DNA from: Tricharina praecox
Taxonomy: Eukaryota
DNA: 64,000 bases
Assembly: GCF_024521635.1 (NCBI RefSeq)
Contig: NW_026250404.1
Coordinates: forward strand, 1,240,001 to 1,304,000
Direction: 5' to 3'
Positions 1 through 13,310 of the stretch are shown in pieces. Made by a program: the position numbers and the translations under genes. Each line of letters starts with the position of its first letter. Position 1 is the first letter of the stretch. Below the pieces are notes generated by a model. It did no database searches. It was not told the DNA's origin and saw only the letters and a program-made list of their open reading frames with translations.

Positions 1-1
1 G

Positions 2-472
2 GCGGCTAGTGATGCCACCCTGGTGGAGCTGAAGTTGGTTGGCGAGGATGAGCCGGAGCCAGAAGTTAAGCCTGGCGCGGGCGATGACTTCGAGCACACA
101 TCTACTGCGTCAACAACCGCTTCTTCTTCCTCGGACTCTTCCTCGGACTCCTCCGCTGCGCAGGAGCCAACAAAGAGCATCGGCATACAAACCCCGGAGC
201 CACTACCCGTGCGACCAACCAAGATCTCGGATCCCAACGCGCCAGTGGTGACGGGCACACCGCAGAATATTGGCATATCGCCGCCGACCCCGCCCGAGGG
301 GGAGGAGGAGGGCGGTGATGACAAGGGTGGTGATAAGACGTGGTGGGAGCTGCTCAAGAGTAAGGCTGAGCGCCTCAAGGGGAAGCTCGAGGGCTGGTGG
401 AGTAGTGTTTGGGTCGATGATGCGAGTGCGGATGCGGATGCGGATCTAGATGATACGCCGGGGCCTACGTGA
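2..472 (+). CDS. 3' end of an unknown protein-coding gene that begins upstream of the window (Ser/Pro/acidic low-complexity C-terminus)
   Basis: The frame is open from base 2 (GCG GCT AGT GAT...) to TGA at 470-472, with coding-like codon usage. A T-rich 3'UTR-like tract follows. No domain is recognisable. Confidence 0.65.
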   Translation, partial: AASDATLVELKLVGEDEPEPEVKPGAGDDFEHTSTASTTASSSSDSSSDSSAAQEPTKSIGIQTPEPLPVRPTKISDPNAPVVTGTPQNIGISPPTPPEGEEEGGDDKGGDKTWWELLKSKAERLKGKLEGWWSSVWVDDASADADADLDDTPGPT

Positions 473-785
473 GGGGATGGGGCGGGGTGGTGGTGGTAAT
501 GGTAGGGGTGGGTGGGTTTTTGTCTTTGACGTTGGTTTCCGTTTTCACTTCTTTGCGCGCATGGAACAAGGCTGCTTTGGGGGTATCATTGATTTTGCGT
601 GATGGGTTTGATTCTTCTTGCGTGAAAGTAGGGATGTGGGTGATGTACGATGATTTCGGGCTGGAATTAAACAAAAATTTAAGATGGATTTAGGCAGTAT
701 AGCGTGTATATCCGTACACATAGCATCATAATTCATGACCGAGTCATCACCAACGCGGCACCTTGCCCGCCGCCCCCACGACATC

Positions 786-2380
786 CTACTCCGCAGTGTC
801 CATGTCCACCGGCACCAGCCTTACCCATAGCGTCTCCGGCGCAATCGTAAGCGTAGTCTGAATCCTAGTCACGCCTCTATCCTTCGCCAACTCCATCCCC
901 TTGAACCTCTGCAGCAACTTAACGACGGTGTAGCCGGCCTCAGTGAGGGCATACTGCTGACCGAGACAGATCCTCGGGCCGCCATTGAACGGCAAATACT
1001 CCCAGCCGCGCCCGATCGCCTTGCCCTCACCCCACCGCTCCGGCCGGAACTCTGCCGCGTCGGCCCCGTACAGGTCTGTCCGTCGGTGCAGCGCGAATAC
1101 GCTGTATTGTACCCGCTGTCCCCGGTGCACGTGCATCGGCTGTTGCCCGTCGACCCCGCCGCCGCGCGGGAGCACGGTGTCGCGGATCGCGGTGCGCAGG
1201 TTGAGGGGGACCGCGGGGTAGAGGCGTAGCGCTAGGTTCCGCATCAGCTATCATATTTGCGCGGGGGTGGGGGAGGAGGGGCACGCAAACCTTCGTTCAG
1301 CACGTGCCGCAGGTACACGACGTCCTTCAGCTCCTCGAAGCTGGGGCTCCTCCAGGCGCCGGGCACGCCGGTGCCGAACGCGGCCTCCAGCTCGCCGCGG
1401 AGCTTGGCATACACCCGTGCGTCACCCGCGAGCAGGTACATCGTCCAGCCGATCAGGCCCGCGGTGGTATCGCGGCCGGCCAGGAGGATATTGAGCATCT
1501 GGTCTCTTAGGAGCTTCGGGTCCTGCGAATGCGCAGCCACCGCGTCGAGGAAGACATATCTCTCCGCGTCCCTCTTCCTTGTTGGGTCAAGGGCGTGGGC
1601 TACATAGCCGTCGACAAAGCGGTGGACAAACTCGTTGCAGCGGCGCATAGCCGCGGGCTTCCACCGCATCACGAGCGGGAACGCCCGCAGCCGCAGCCGG
1701 AACATGATCCACTCCAGGCCCTGGTTGAAGTTGTATGCGAACCCCTCGCGGTCGTCGGCGCCGCGCAGCAGCGACCCCGCCGTCTCGCCGAACAGGAACT
1801 CGGTCGCCGAGTCCAGCGTCAGCGCGAAGAACAGCGGCTGCAGGTCTACCGGTTGGCCGCGGGGCACCGCGGCCAGGTGCGCGAGCACCCGCGATACGTG
1901 CACAGAGAGCATCCCGACGTCCGCCACCTGCTTGCGCGAGAACTGTGGCCGCAGCAGCGCGCGCGAGTGCTCCCACCCCGCGCCGTCGAGCGTGAAGATG
2001 CCGTCGCCGAAGAGGTCGCGGAAGCTGTCGTGGCGGGCGACGCCCAGCTGGTAGTCGCTGAACTTCGTCGCCAAAACCGTCTTGATGTTGCCCGGGTCCA
2101 TCGTCTGGATCAGGTCCGTGCCGAAGTGCGACATCGCGAATGTCTCCATCCCCGAGGTGTAGCGCGCGACGATGTATTGAAGGTGCTCTTTGCGTCGCGC
2201 CGCCGAGAGTAGCCCCACGAAGGCGTAAACCCCCCATGGGCCCGAGGCGAGGCGGCTGGGCGGCTGGCAGTTGTGCGCGCGCCGGAAGCGCCGGCGCTGC
2301 AACGCCGTGAGCACCGACCGAGCCAGGCGGTAGAGCACTGCCCCGGCAAATAGCAGGAGGAGGAGCGTGCTTCTGTCCAT
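786..2380 (-). CDS. Cytochrome P450, CYP52 clan (alkane/fatty-acid hydroxylase-like); 2 exons, intron 1232-1290
   Basis: N-terminal anchor [35 protein letters not shown]-helix AGRDTT, PERW and heme motif [10 protein letters not shown] are present. ExxR (EALR) is restored by splicing a 59-nt GTTTGC...GCTGAT...TAG intron. Confidence 0.95.
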
Positions 2381-2480
2381 TGTTAAGGAGTGAGTGGCGC
2401 GGATGGCATGGCTCCCGGCCACGGCGGGATCTTATAGGCACGCACTCGGGGCACACATGCAGGTTCACAATGCGAGGGCA

Positions 2481-3124
2481 TTCCGAGGTCGAGCTCGCCT
2501 GGCTGACGTATCGGTTTCATGTGCCAACTACTTACTGCCGTACCTAAGAAGGTAGAGTACTGAGTGACCCCAAATCCAAGCCAGCGCCGCGATATCCGTC
2601 CAAGACTCCAGTCTCCAAGTGGCTGCCATGGTGAACCCCCGTTTTCGGATCACATTCCCCCCTCCTCCCCTCCCCAGTCGTTCAGCTGGCGTACGGCTGG
2701 CTGGCTGAATGTTTTGCCGAACATGAGATATCACCGGATGACGGTCTTCGGCCTGCGGCGTGCAGTCCGGGCCGCCGGTGTCCGGGCCTTCCGAGGTCTA
2801 TAGTACCTTTCCTCCTGCTTTATTGTCTGTTCTGTCACGTGGGAGGGCTGGGTGGAGAGGAATAGGTCGAACCCGTAGGTACCGAACTCGCGGCCAGTGG
2901 GGTAGAAACGGATATGTGTCATTGTATCTACCGTGTCGTACCGTAGTAAGCTCGAAGCGACGATGATTAAACAAAAACCGCCTCCTGAGTCCTCGGTGCA
3001 CAGCATGAAGGAACTGCATGTGTATGTAGAATGTACTCCAGGCAGACACTCAGCGACGCTCCAGTGCACCACAAAGCTCGAATGCTGCGTATGATGATGA
3101 TTAAACAAAACTCAGCTTCCTCGG
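2481..3124 (-). promoter_or_regulatory. Four CCTCGG/CCGAGG elements (FarA/FarB-Ctf1 type fatty-acid response motif) upstream of the P450
   Basis: CCGAGG at 2483 and 2791 (both within an identical TTCCGAGGTC) and CCTCGG at 2991 and 3119. A TATAA lies on the minus strand near 2432-2436. Confidence 0.6.
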
Positions 3125-4350
3125 CCCACAGTGCACACATTCACAAGCGAATACCCCCAAAAAACCAATTAGAGTAGAGTATGTAGAGTATGTAGAATAG
3201 ACAAGCCTTCCTCACCGGCTGCAACCAAAGCGGGGTAGCGAGCTGCGTAGGGAAGGGAAACGCCTTAGGCCTCTAGCCCCCGCTACGCAGTAGTTAAAGC
3301 AGTGATGATCGATCAACTCTAAATGGGAAATGGCGGGAGTGCATCTGACCACCACCACCACCACCACCACCGGTGACCACCGATTTCTTGTCCTACATGG
3401 CACACAGAGCGCTGGCTGCGACAGGGAGACGTTTGGCGAGAATACGTACGCAAAATACTCGGTAACTACCGAAGCGTGGACACTGGAAACCCAACCCCAC
3501 CCAGGAAGAAACGAACCGTGTGGAACGTAAGAAGTCTCCCGGTGACGGGGTAGAGTGCCCAGAGTACATGCACTACGGTACGTCGAAGGTCGCGGCGTGG
3601 ATGTTTGCCGTGGTGCTGGGTTCTCGGGATACAGCCCCTCGTGGTATGATACGACTACTACATACCGCTACCTACTGCTATGTACTGCTAAATAGTAGTA
3701 CTAGTACCTACGCCATCCCTCGTCCTCGTTGCAGTCCGGTCCGATGCGGCGCCCCTGCCATATATAGCAATTCTGGAACAATGGTATCACACCAGATATC
3801 AACGTCAGCGTTTTTGTTTTTTGTTTAATCATCGATGCAGTCAACCTTGATGAGTCATAGAAGTAATGTATAATAAATGCCCTATTCCCCTCCTTTGTCT
3901 CCGACCGCTGGCCGCAAGCTGGCCGTAAGCTCGATGTCTGTTTCCTGGTCTCTTCCGTCCAGCCCCTCCTGTATGGCGCGCGAATGAAAGTAAAATACAT
4001 GAAGAGATCTTCAGAACGGGAGAAAGACGGCCTATCGAGTGATAATCGCAACAAAAATGCGTCTATCGTCAACGCTGGAGTTGCAGTTGATTTTACCCCA
4101 TTTTTCTATACTGAATGTACTCATTGTAAAACCGCGGATTGAAACGGGATCACGTTGGAAATAAAGAGGTGATCGAAAAGTCATTTACTAGGTATGTGCA
4201 ACTGACTATCAACCAAACAAAACGCCAAAACCAGTAGTAGTGAAGTTAAGGTTAAGAGAGGAGCAGACTGGGCTGGCAAAGAAGGGTGAATGGATGCGGA
4301 AGTAATAAAGAGCGGGGACTACTTGCTCACTCGGTCAAGACATCGTTTCC

Positions 4351-5972
4351 TTACACGACTTTCCCCTGGTATCGCTCGGTGGTGCGAGCCCTCGGAAGCA
4401 AGCCCGGGAAGGAGGAGCGGCGAAGTTCATTGCTACCGGCGACAGTGGGAGACACCGGCACGCTGAAACGGTTCCTTGCCTTAAGCACGGGCTGAGCCAG
4501 AAGGTGGTCCTGGCTGCAGCTGGAAGTGGACATCGATGCACGGCGACCTTCATTCAGGTCGCAGACCTTGGGGGCTCTGAGAACGGCCGAGACGGGGCGG
4601 GCGACAGCGACAGATATGCGAGCGGAGGAAACTCTGCGATCGTTGGGGCCGAAAGAGTCCGGGTTTTCGGTGTCGGTCCGTCCTCCGTGGTTGGGCGGAG
4701 GAGGCGATGCGTCATTGTCATTGTCGTTCTCCTCCTGCGCCGCTTTCTCCCGCCGGTACCGGAGCACCGCAGCTCGCCACTTGTCCTTGCTTGCGATCGC
4801 CTTGAGCATCACTCGTCTGCGCGCACTTTTCTCCTTGAGCCGCTGGCACTCGACCATCCAGCCTCGCAGTACGGGGATGAAGAACGCCGCCAGTGCAGTG
4901 TACGACTCCAGACAGCCCCAGACCTGGTGCGCGCGCGACGGCGAGAAGTTGTGGGTTCCGGGGTACAGCGTCATCGGATAGACGCTCTGCAGCCGGTTCA
5001 TGGCGAGGAGCGGCTGCAGGATTGCGGCAAGCATCACGAAGAATCCGCCCAGACGCTCGGTTGGGTCTTGTTCGGGCGTGATGTAGGTGAAGATCGCGAG
5101 GATGATGATTACTATGGGTGTTAGTGAGGTGGTGGAGCGCGAGGGGCGAGGACGACACACGAATGTCTGTGCCAATGTTGAGCGATGCTTGTAGCAACAC
5201 TCCATCGGGATCTTCGAGGAAGAGACACCTGCCGTCTTTTCTGGTCGGTGACCTACGTTCTCATCAGCAGAATGACTCCATTTCTGCAATGTCACGGGGG
5301 ACTCACAGTTGTCTCTCGGAAGAGCCACCGCCGCACCATGTGAATGGCAGAATCAACAGCGCAAACAGGCTGGCGGTAACCAGGAGAGTAACAATGAGGA
5401 GGTAGCGCCGCATGATCTTCCCGTAGTTCTTCCAGTTCGGAAAGAAGTAGGCCAGAAAGCCATACTTGAGAATCCAGAATTCGATCGAGTACACGAAACC
5501 GATGTAAAAGGAGACCTACAGATCATAAGCCCTCACTCACTCACCCCCGCACAAGCAAGTGGAAGCGGAGCTCACCTTATTAGCCCAGTGACTGTCCACC
5601 TCTTTCATCTCGTCATTCGAATCTTCGGGGTTAAGCCTCCACGTTCTCAAGCACTCATCTATGCCATAGCTCATGATGAGCACGCCGTCGCAGATGATCA
5701 GTAGCCCAACCGTGTAGTACGCCGTACTGTTGACCACGTACGCGGGGTCACGGCTCCACGAGTGGCGCCGGTATAGGCACAACCTGATTCCCATCATGAT
5801 GAGCGTGGCAAAAATGCCACATGCCACCATCACTAGGAAACCAAACAGCTCGAAAGGTGGGCGGAATGGCGGGAGTAGGTCATCGCCTTTGGAGTCGCCC
5901 CCGGGGTTTGTCCTGTGAACGAGTAGGTTAGCAGGTGTCGAGGGCACCTGAATAGTAGCCGAACCCGTTCAT
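4351..5972 (-). CDS. PTH11-like (fungal rhodopsin-domain) 7-TM integral membrane protein/GPCR without CFEM; 5 exons, introns 5913-5964, 5516-5575, 5253-5306, 5112-5160
   Basis: Splicing four canonical 49-60 nt introns joins the pieces in frame. The product contains MNGT, hydrophobic helices, YSIEFWILKYGFLAY (TM3-like), LNIGTDIL (TM5 NIxTD) and WGCLESYTALAAFFIPVLR (TM7 WxxxExxxAxxxxxxPxLR), then a basic disordered tail. The first coding exon (8 nt) is the least certain part. Confidence 0.8.
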
Positions 5973-7659
5973 CGTTGAAAGCACGAGACTCTGTTGCTTT
6001 ATTGGGGTTGAATGTGTTTCAGTTGTGTGGTGGTCGAAGGACGGATTGAAAGTCGCACTGGTGATGATGGTCGACGGGGGCTGTGGAAAGAAGAAAAGAA
6101 GTGTGAAGAGAAAAATGAAAAGGGAAAACGAAAGTAGACACAGAAGTGTGAAGAGGAGAGTAGAGACAGAAGTGCGGCTGGGGGTCTGTGAGTTTGAGTA
6201 TTGCTCAGGTCACTAGCGGCTGGGAAAACCAGAGAGAGTGACATATCGTGATCAACTGTGGCCAGCAGTCAGCCACAATCCTTCCACGATGCTTCCCCAC
6301 AAAGTTCTGGAGCTCACTGCTGGAACTGCGGAGGAGCCGTTATGTTAACTCACAGGTATGTCGCTGCTAGTCCTGGCTGCGGGGCCGCTCCGTAGTACTA
6401 TCTGTCCCGCTATCTGTGAAAGACTTCTATTTGTGCGCTTAATCAGTTAAGCGCCTTCCCGAAGATTCACAGGGTCGATCGTCACAATATGTAGTACTGA
6501 CATGCTTTTGTTTTTTGTTTATCCATTGATTGCATGCGACCTATTCGGATCATGGCAATATCCACCCATACACCTCCGTTTCCACGCCACTGTCCAACCT
6601 GACTTTCATCGAGCGGCCGATGTGGCTTTCCCCGCCCTCCGCCCCGGCCTGTCCCTAGTATTGCCATGCCACTCACTATCCAAGTCTATATGTTCAACTC
6701 TGTCGAGTGACACGAAATGAGCAGCCAAGACGCTAATCTCGGATGCTTCTGCTCTGGGTTCCGATCACACTCCAGAGTCCATACCTCTTCAGCTCCTCAC
6801 TTCGTCAGTTTTCGTGTTTACCGTTTGGGCTAACTTTCCGTAGATTCTGCTTCCAACCAGCCGCCGAATTCCTCTCGAGCTTTCAGAGTTGTTAAACGAG
6901 CGACGATCCCAGGCTCGGCACGAGTGCAATCTAGCCTTCGGTTCTCTTTATCTCTCTGGGCCCTCCGGTCCGGGAGTCGTGGTGGATTGCAGACGCAGGT
7001 GGATGGATGCCAAGTATCCCCTCGATGGCCGTCCCTCATCGTCGTCATACTCCGAAGCAAGACATCGTCAATACGAGGAAACGAAAGGCTCGCACCTACC
7101 TGCCCGCATCTCCCCGGCTATGTTCGATACGGACGCGCGTGGACAGAACTAAGGAAGCGACGTTGCGACAGTCGACAGGAAACTAGAGCATACCATCCAA
7201 AGCTAATGGCGAATGTCAAGCGGAGCATTTGCGTGCTTACGCTGGGCAATATGCCTAGGTGCGGTACTCTATCCTTCAACATATTCTCGGAGAGATGGGC
7301 GGAAGGCAATTGAAGGCTCTCTCTTCTCCATTGACCCCGGTCGATTACTCACAGCACCCTCTGCACCTGCAGCGCCCACTCATACGTACATCTCACACTA
7401 CACTACGTAGGCCCGCGAATGAGCTTACTTATTAGCCTGATGCCCAAAGCTCCCAAGCCGTTCGTCCCACTCTAGAACGCAAGTAGAACAACGAACGAAC
7501 TCCCCGCTTCGACCACAATCACGCCGTCGCCATCGTCAACCGTAACTAAATCAAGCCATCGGAATCATCGATCGTGTCGCGCGACCGCCACTCCCGAGCC
7601 CAACCAGCCAGCGCTGTGATCCCCTTGTTCCCCGCCCCGCACAGGTCTCGCTCGCAATC

Positions 7660-10495
7660 ATGACGCCCACCCCGCCGTCTTCGAACAGCCATTCTCCGCC
7701 CGAGCAACACATGTCGAATAGTGCGTATCGCGTGGTGCGGAAACGAAACCGAGTTCCACTATCGTGCGGGCCATGTCGGTCTCGAAAGTAAAACCCCACC
7801 CCGCACTTGCCCCTCCACCGTGCGTGGAACTCGAGCTAACTGCGATAAGACTGAAGTGCAACCGTTCGTCGCCCTGCGAGAACTGCGTCCGTCGCAATGA
7901 TGTCCCCGGTTGCACCTATGCGACGTCTACACACTCGGCGCGACAACGCAAGCAGTCGGCGGGATCGAATGGCTCGTCGGACGAGATGCAGTCGCGGATC
8001 GACCGGCTCGAGGGACTGGTGCTCTCGCTCATGTCGGGCAACTCGAATAATATCAACACATCGCCGCGGAACCGCGACACGCGTAGTTCGTCGTCTGGCG
8101 CTGCAGCGTCATATCCGAACTCGCGTGATAGCGAGGGTGATGATGATGCTATGGGCTACGACGAGCAGGACGAACACGAGGAAACGCACACCGTCGAGGA
8201 GGAGGTGGAGGAGGTTAGAAACGCGCTGGGCGTGATGAAGGTGCAGGAAGGAAAGTCTTTCTATCGGGGCGAGACGCACTGGGTTGCCATTCTGTCAGAG
8301 GTTCGTCAACACTCCACGGCCAGATTGTTTTCCTTGAGCTCACGGCTGATCACGTCGGACAGATTACCGAGGTTAAAAAATACTTCGAAGAAACCAAACA
8401 AAAGTACGAGAGTGAGCTTGCCACGATGCGATGTCAGACGGCTATAGAGAAACTACAGGCCACCGGGTTTCCTTTCTCGGCAGGCCGCCCACCGTCAAAA
8501 CCAGAGATTTTAGCCCTTGTACCGGAACAGGCGATGGTGGACCGGTTGGTAGACTGTTTCTTCAGGAATCACGACCCCCTATTCCGTACGTGAGCCCCCA
8601 CGGTGATGCATTCGTCGGTCATTCTCTGACACTGTATAGATGTCCTGCACCGACCATCATTTTACAAGCAGTACGAGGAATTCTGGCGTGATCCTTCCAA
8701 AGTGGATATATTATGGCTCGGTCTACTCATGGTGATCATCTCCATCAGCGTAAAGATTCATGACTCTATCGGCGAGCCCCTGAAAGGGGTCGTAGGACGT
8801 GATACGGCCGAGACGTGGCATGCTTTCCGCACTTCAGCCGAACAATGCCTAATAGTGGGCGAGTACACCAAAAAGCCATACCTGCACACGGTACAAACTT
8901 TGATTCTGCTGTGTATGTCGTCGACGGACGATAGTGCCTGGCTATTCCTGGGGATGGTCGTTCGGATAGCGATGAGCATGGGCCTCCACCGAGACCCGCA
9001 GCAGTTCCCTGCCATCACTCCGGGAGAGGGCGAGATCCGTCGACGACTCTGGACACAGATCACCTGTATGGAGCTACTGACATCGATCCGGATCGGCCTG
9101 CCTTCCATGCTGAAGGAAGACGAATGCGACACGAAACTGCCGCTGAATCTGCATGACGATGAGATAGGCGAAGATGTCACCACGCTTCCACCGGAGCGCG
9201 GACGGGACGAGCTGACTGGTGTAATCTACATGATATGCAAAGCCTCGATGGCACACACGCTCTGGGAGGTCATCCGCCAGGTGAACTCGGTCAAGGCACG
9301 GCCACCATACGAGACAGTCTGGACTCTCGAGGCTGATATCAATGCACGCTATGAACAAGTCCCAAAGTTCCTCCATCTAAAGCCGATCGCGGAGACCGAG
9401 AATGATCCCCCGTGGCTTATAATCCAGCGCTATAACCTTGATATCCTGCGTCAGATGTCGCTCCTGACACTCCATCGTCCGTATGCCACCAAAGCGCGAC
9501 TGAACGCCCGCTTCGAGCACTCGTACCACCAGACCATCGGTGCGGCCATGACGCTGCTTCGATACCAAGACGAAATTGCCACGCAGAACGAAACCGTCTT
9601 GCGTCACGCACGGTGGTACACCGAGACACAGGGCGTCCAAGAGTTTCTTCACGCCGCCATGATTATCAGTCTCCACCTCTCATGTCCGCTGGCTGCGGTT
9701 CTCGTTGACGAAGAAGACCGGAAACGCAAGTTTGCCGCACTCTGCAGATCGCGCGACATCAGTACCAACCAGAAAGATAAATCCGTCGAGGCGAACAAAG
9801 CTTCCGGCATCATCACAGTCATGATCGAAAAACTCAAGCGCGAAGAACCCGGTCACGAAGAGCGACTGCGGAGACAAGCCGAACAGCAGCAGCAGCAGCA
9901 ACAGCAAAAACAACCCAATCATTCAGAACAGCACCTCACGGCCTTCGAAAGTGGGCTTGCCAACTTCAACGCCGCGCCCCCCATCCCTGGCCCGAACTTT
10001 TCCGCCACCTCGTCCACGCAACCATTCTCCGGCTCATCCGAGCCACTAAAGAGCGAACAAGCAGCCGCATTGACGCTCGGGATGATGTCTGGCGGCGGCC
10101 TCACGCCAAACTCCGCCTTCGCGTCACTATTCGACCGCCCCGCCGTGTCCACGCCCGGCGGAACCCTCAACCTCCCGGACGCAGTCAACTCCTCACTACC
10201 AACGACAACACTGGGCGACCTACCACCGCCGTCAGGCGGAGCGCTCTCGCCGCCGGGCTGGAACTCGCTGTGGGGCCCCGCCGGATTCGATATGCCGCAG
10301 GGCTCCGAGTGGGAGGACTGGGAGAACTTTATGCGCGGTATCGATCTCGACACTAGTCAGCTGGGCGGATTCCCGGTCCTCGCTGGCATCGGGATGTATC
10401 CCCCATCGGCGGCGCAGGATAGGCTCGATAAGAAGTATCAGGACGGAGATGTGTCGGGTGGTGGTGCTGGTGCTGGTGGTGGCGGCGGATTGTAG
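7660..10495 (+). CDS. Zn(II)2Cys6 transcription factor with fungal-specific TF (middle homology) domain; introns 7788-7849, 8301-8362, 8586-8639
   Basis: The spliced N-terminus reads RKRNRVPLSCGPCRSRK|LKCNRSSPCENCVRRNDVPGCTY (six-Cys cluster), followed by the RIDRLEGLV coiled coil. AMSMGLHRDP...EIRRRLW (Fungal_trans motif), polyQ and an acidic-aromatic C-terminus are also present. Confidence 0.95.
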
Positions 10496-11903
10496 TGCTG
10501 CTCTACTATAGTGCAAGCGACGGGCTCTACACTCTACATACCGTACCGTACCGATGGGCGTTTTGGGTTTTCTTTTTTATACTTACAATGTAGGTATCAT
10601 GTTGATGTTCGTTCACGGGCGAATCATGTATAGTGATCGGCTTAGCTTAGTTGGTTAGTGGCCGGCGATATTATTTCTGCTCATTCCCTTTAAAGTCGGT
10701 GTCGGGTGTTTTGTATGATACTGTACTCTATTATTATGAATGTGGGGAAAGTGAGTGTTATTGGTGTCTGAATTTCCGGTGTGAGCGTGAGTCGACGGAG
10801 GAGAGCGTCCGGGGAGAGAGGAGGAGGGAGTGGGAGGATGTGAACTCACTTTACTACTACCTATATGAGCACTCATCGCGATCAACACGGACAGCCATGC
10901 AATTGTGTGCGGAGTGACCAGTCTCGAGGCCGCAATCATAGGCTGCGAATCCAGAGCGCTCGCAGGCCATTTACGGAAGAAATAAGTGCCGGATCTACAT
11001 ATCCATCATACGAGCACACATGTAGGTAGTATAGTACGGTATGATACGGTAGATGAACTCGTATGTATCTTAGATGAGTATGATAGGTACTTGGCTACCT
11101 ACCGTATCATATGTAGGGTACTCAATGTACTCCACATAATCTACTAAGGCCGAATGCAATGATGATTGAGCAGAAAAAGGTACTCCAATGTCCAGACTCA
11201 CACGAATGATGATTCGCTGTCGCCTCCCACGCCGAAGAAAGACGGCGAGCGGATGGATCACACGCTGCGGGGAAATTCCTACTGTTATTGACTAATCTAC
11301 CGCACTCTAAGATACGGTGCTTTACTTTATGGTACTTTATGATACTCTGTTCTAGTTCGACTCGTGGGGATAGGACAGGACAGGACAGTGTCTGATGCCG
11401 TCGACGCCGCCGGCGCAACCGCAGCCTTAACGGCGGGTTCGGATTGGAGGATTGACTACCATCTAATATGCGCGGGTGATTGGAGGAGTACTCTACCTAG
11501 AGATGTTCCCCCCGCTCCCCCACCGCCCCCAACTGTGCAATAGGCTGCCATTCACTGCTGCTCAAGCCGTTGGGGAGAATGCATAGATTATGCAAGTACC
11601 TATGTATGCGTGACCGCAAGTTCGCAACGAGCAAGCAAGCTGGACTGTGCAGCCCCAGGTGCTCGTCTACGGGTCTAACTATTGGCCTAGACCGTAACCC
11701 CGTGCCTCCGGCGGCGGATGCAGCGCGGTGGTATCGATGGCTACATACTACCCCGGGCCAGGAAGACGATTGGGGGAGGTAGACGGGGCCTGACATCTCA
11801 TGAAGCGCCCGCGAATTGGCAATCATAGGTAATCTGCAAACACCCATTGCCATTGCTCTGCTTTGCTTCGCTTCACTACCTATCATCCTACATATCATCC
11901 TAC

Positions 11904-12359
11904 CTATATATGATCCATACCATGCCATGCCATACCATATACCAAAACTCCCCGCCCACCGCTTAAGATGATTGTGAACCCGTCATGAAACCCAAATTCT
12001 ATGCTATACCCAAACTCCATCGCGCCCCAAAAGAAAAACAGATGATCATGAGCTATGGGCCTGCACGAGCTCCCCCGTCCTCCGGTAGCGGTACCCCGCT
12101 CCCCCTCTGGCGACCCGCCCAGGGCACTCCCATCCTCCAGATTTCGTATAGTACCGACTCGGGGGGAGGTGATGATGGGGCAGTCGGGGACGGTGTCGAT
12201 GGTGTACTTGGATGTAGACGCACCGGCCGCACCGGGAGATGGTGCGGCTGGGTGTAGTGAGTGCGCCGAGGGGTGGCTTGCGGGTTCGGTCGTGGGTGCC
12301 GCTGCCGGTACCGGCCTCCACGGCTGTAGAGTAAGCTCCGTCGATAGTCGAGGCGCCAT
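11904..12359 (-). CDS. Possible small hypothetical protein (MAPRLSTELTLQPW...)
   Basis: ATG is preceded by a pyrimidine-rich leader and the frame is open for 151 codons. No domain is recognisable and overlapping ORFs exist in other frames. Confidence 0.2.
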   Translation of the reverse strand: MAPRLSTELTLQPWRPVPAAAPTTEPASHPSAHSLHPAAPSPGAAGASTSKYTIDTVPDCPIITSPRVGTIRNLEDGSALGGSPEGERGTATGGRGSSCRPIAHDHLFFFWGAMEFGYSIEFGFHDGFTIILSGGRGVLVYGMAWHGMDHI

Positions 12360-13310
12360 TCGGGAAATGAACAATGGTAAAAGTAGTAAAGCTCGTGGGA
12401 TGAGATCGAGGGAGCCGGCGGTTCGGGTACATGGGAGCAATTTTGGAAAGCAAGTTGCCGCCGACAATTGTCACTCACAGTCTCACACGGCTCTTCCATA
12501 TGTATGAGCCTCACACCGGAGCCGCGGACGCTGGCCCAATCATCACGTAGAACTCGTAAGTACCAAGGTAGGTGAGCAGCACATCTTCGGTCAAGTTATC
12601 CCGGTTGGTTGGTCGGGAATCCGGTTTGTATCCATCCCGCATCCCGGAGGGGGTTTGTCGCGAGACAGTGAAGTTCGGCGAGAGCAGGTATATAGGATGA
12701 AGAGTGTATAGGTAGTAAGGAGATACCTAGACTTGGGCGGAGCAATTGGGCGAGGAAAGGGGAGAGACGTTGGGTACCGTAGTGCCAGAATGAGCACGTA
12801 CCTACAGCACAGTACAGCTCTCAACCGATGCTGCCTGCACACACGAAGGTGAGTACGCACTCCTCACATCATCGTTACGGTTGCCTCCAATACCGGCCTC
12901 CAATACCGTACCTAGAGTATTCCCCATCCAGCCAGTGAGGACCGAGAAGCGTCGCGGACGTTGAAGAGTGGCCCTCAACAAAGCCGAGCATGATGTCTAG
13001 CAGAGTTGTCTAGCCACAAGGGTACGGAGGTACATGCTTAGCCACATATATTCGTGTCTCGTGTGTGCGAGGGGGCGAGTGAGATCGCGAAGCCAATCAG
13101 AGCGCCGTTAGGATTCTTAGGGTTCCAAGGACTTGGGATGGGTTGGAACTTGGGGGGCGCGGTTGGCCCGTGACATGTGGCCTTGTATACGCACGGACAA
13201 TCGTTAGTGGTCGGTACTTTTAAATAGGTCACTCGGAGCCGGAGGGTAATATGTATCATACTATGTATCATGATTCATCAGTGTTGGATGTTATTTGTGG
13301 TGTTGGAGAG

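Noticed and set aside
1529..2468. Overlapping 227-293 aa ORFs across the P450
   Set aside because: GC-rich shadow frames of the real CYP gene.
6889..7313. Short ORFs between the receptor and the TF as extra TF exons or uORFs
   Set aside because: The TF has a satisfactory start at 7660; no splice path or homology supports them, and uORF status needs transcript data.
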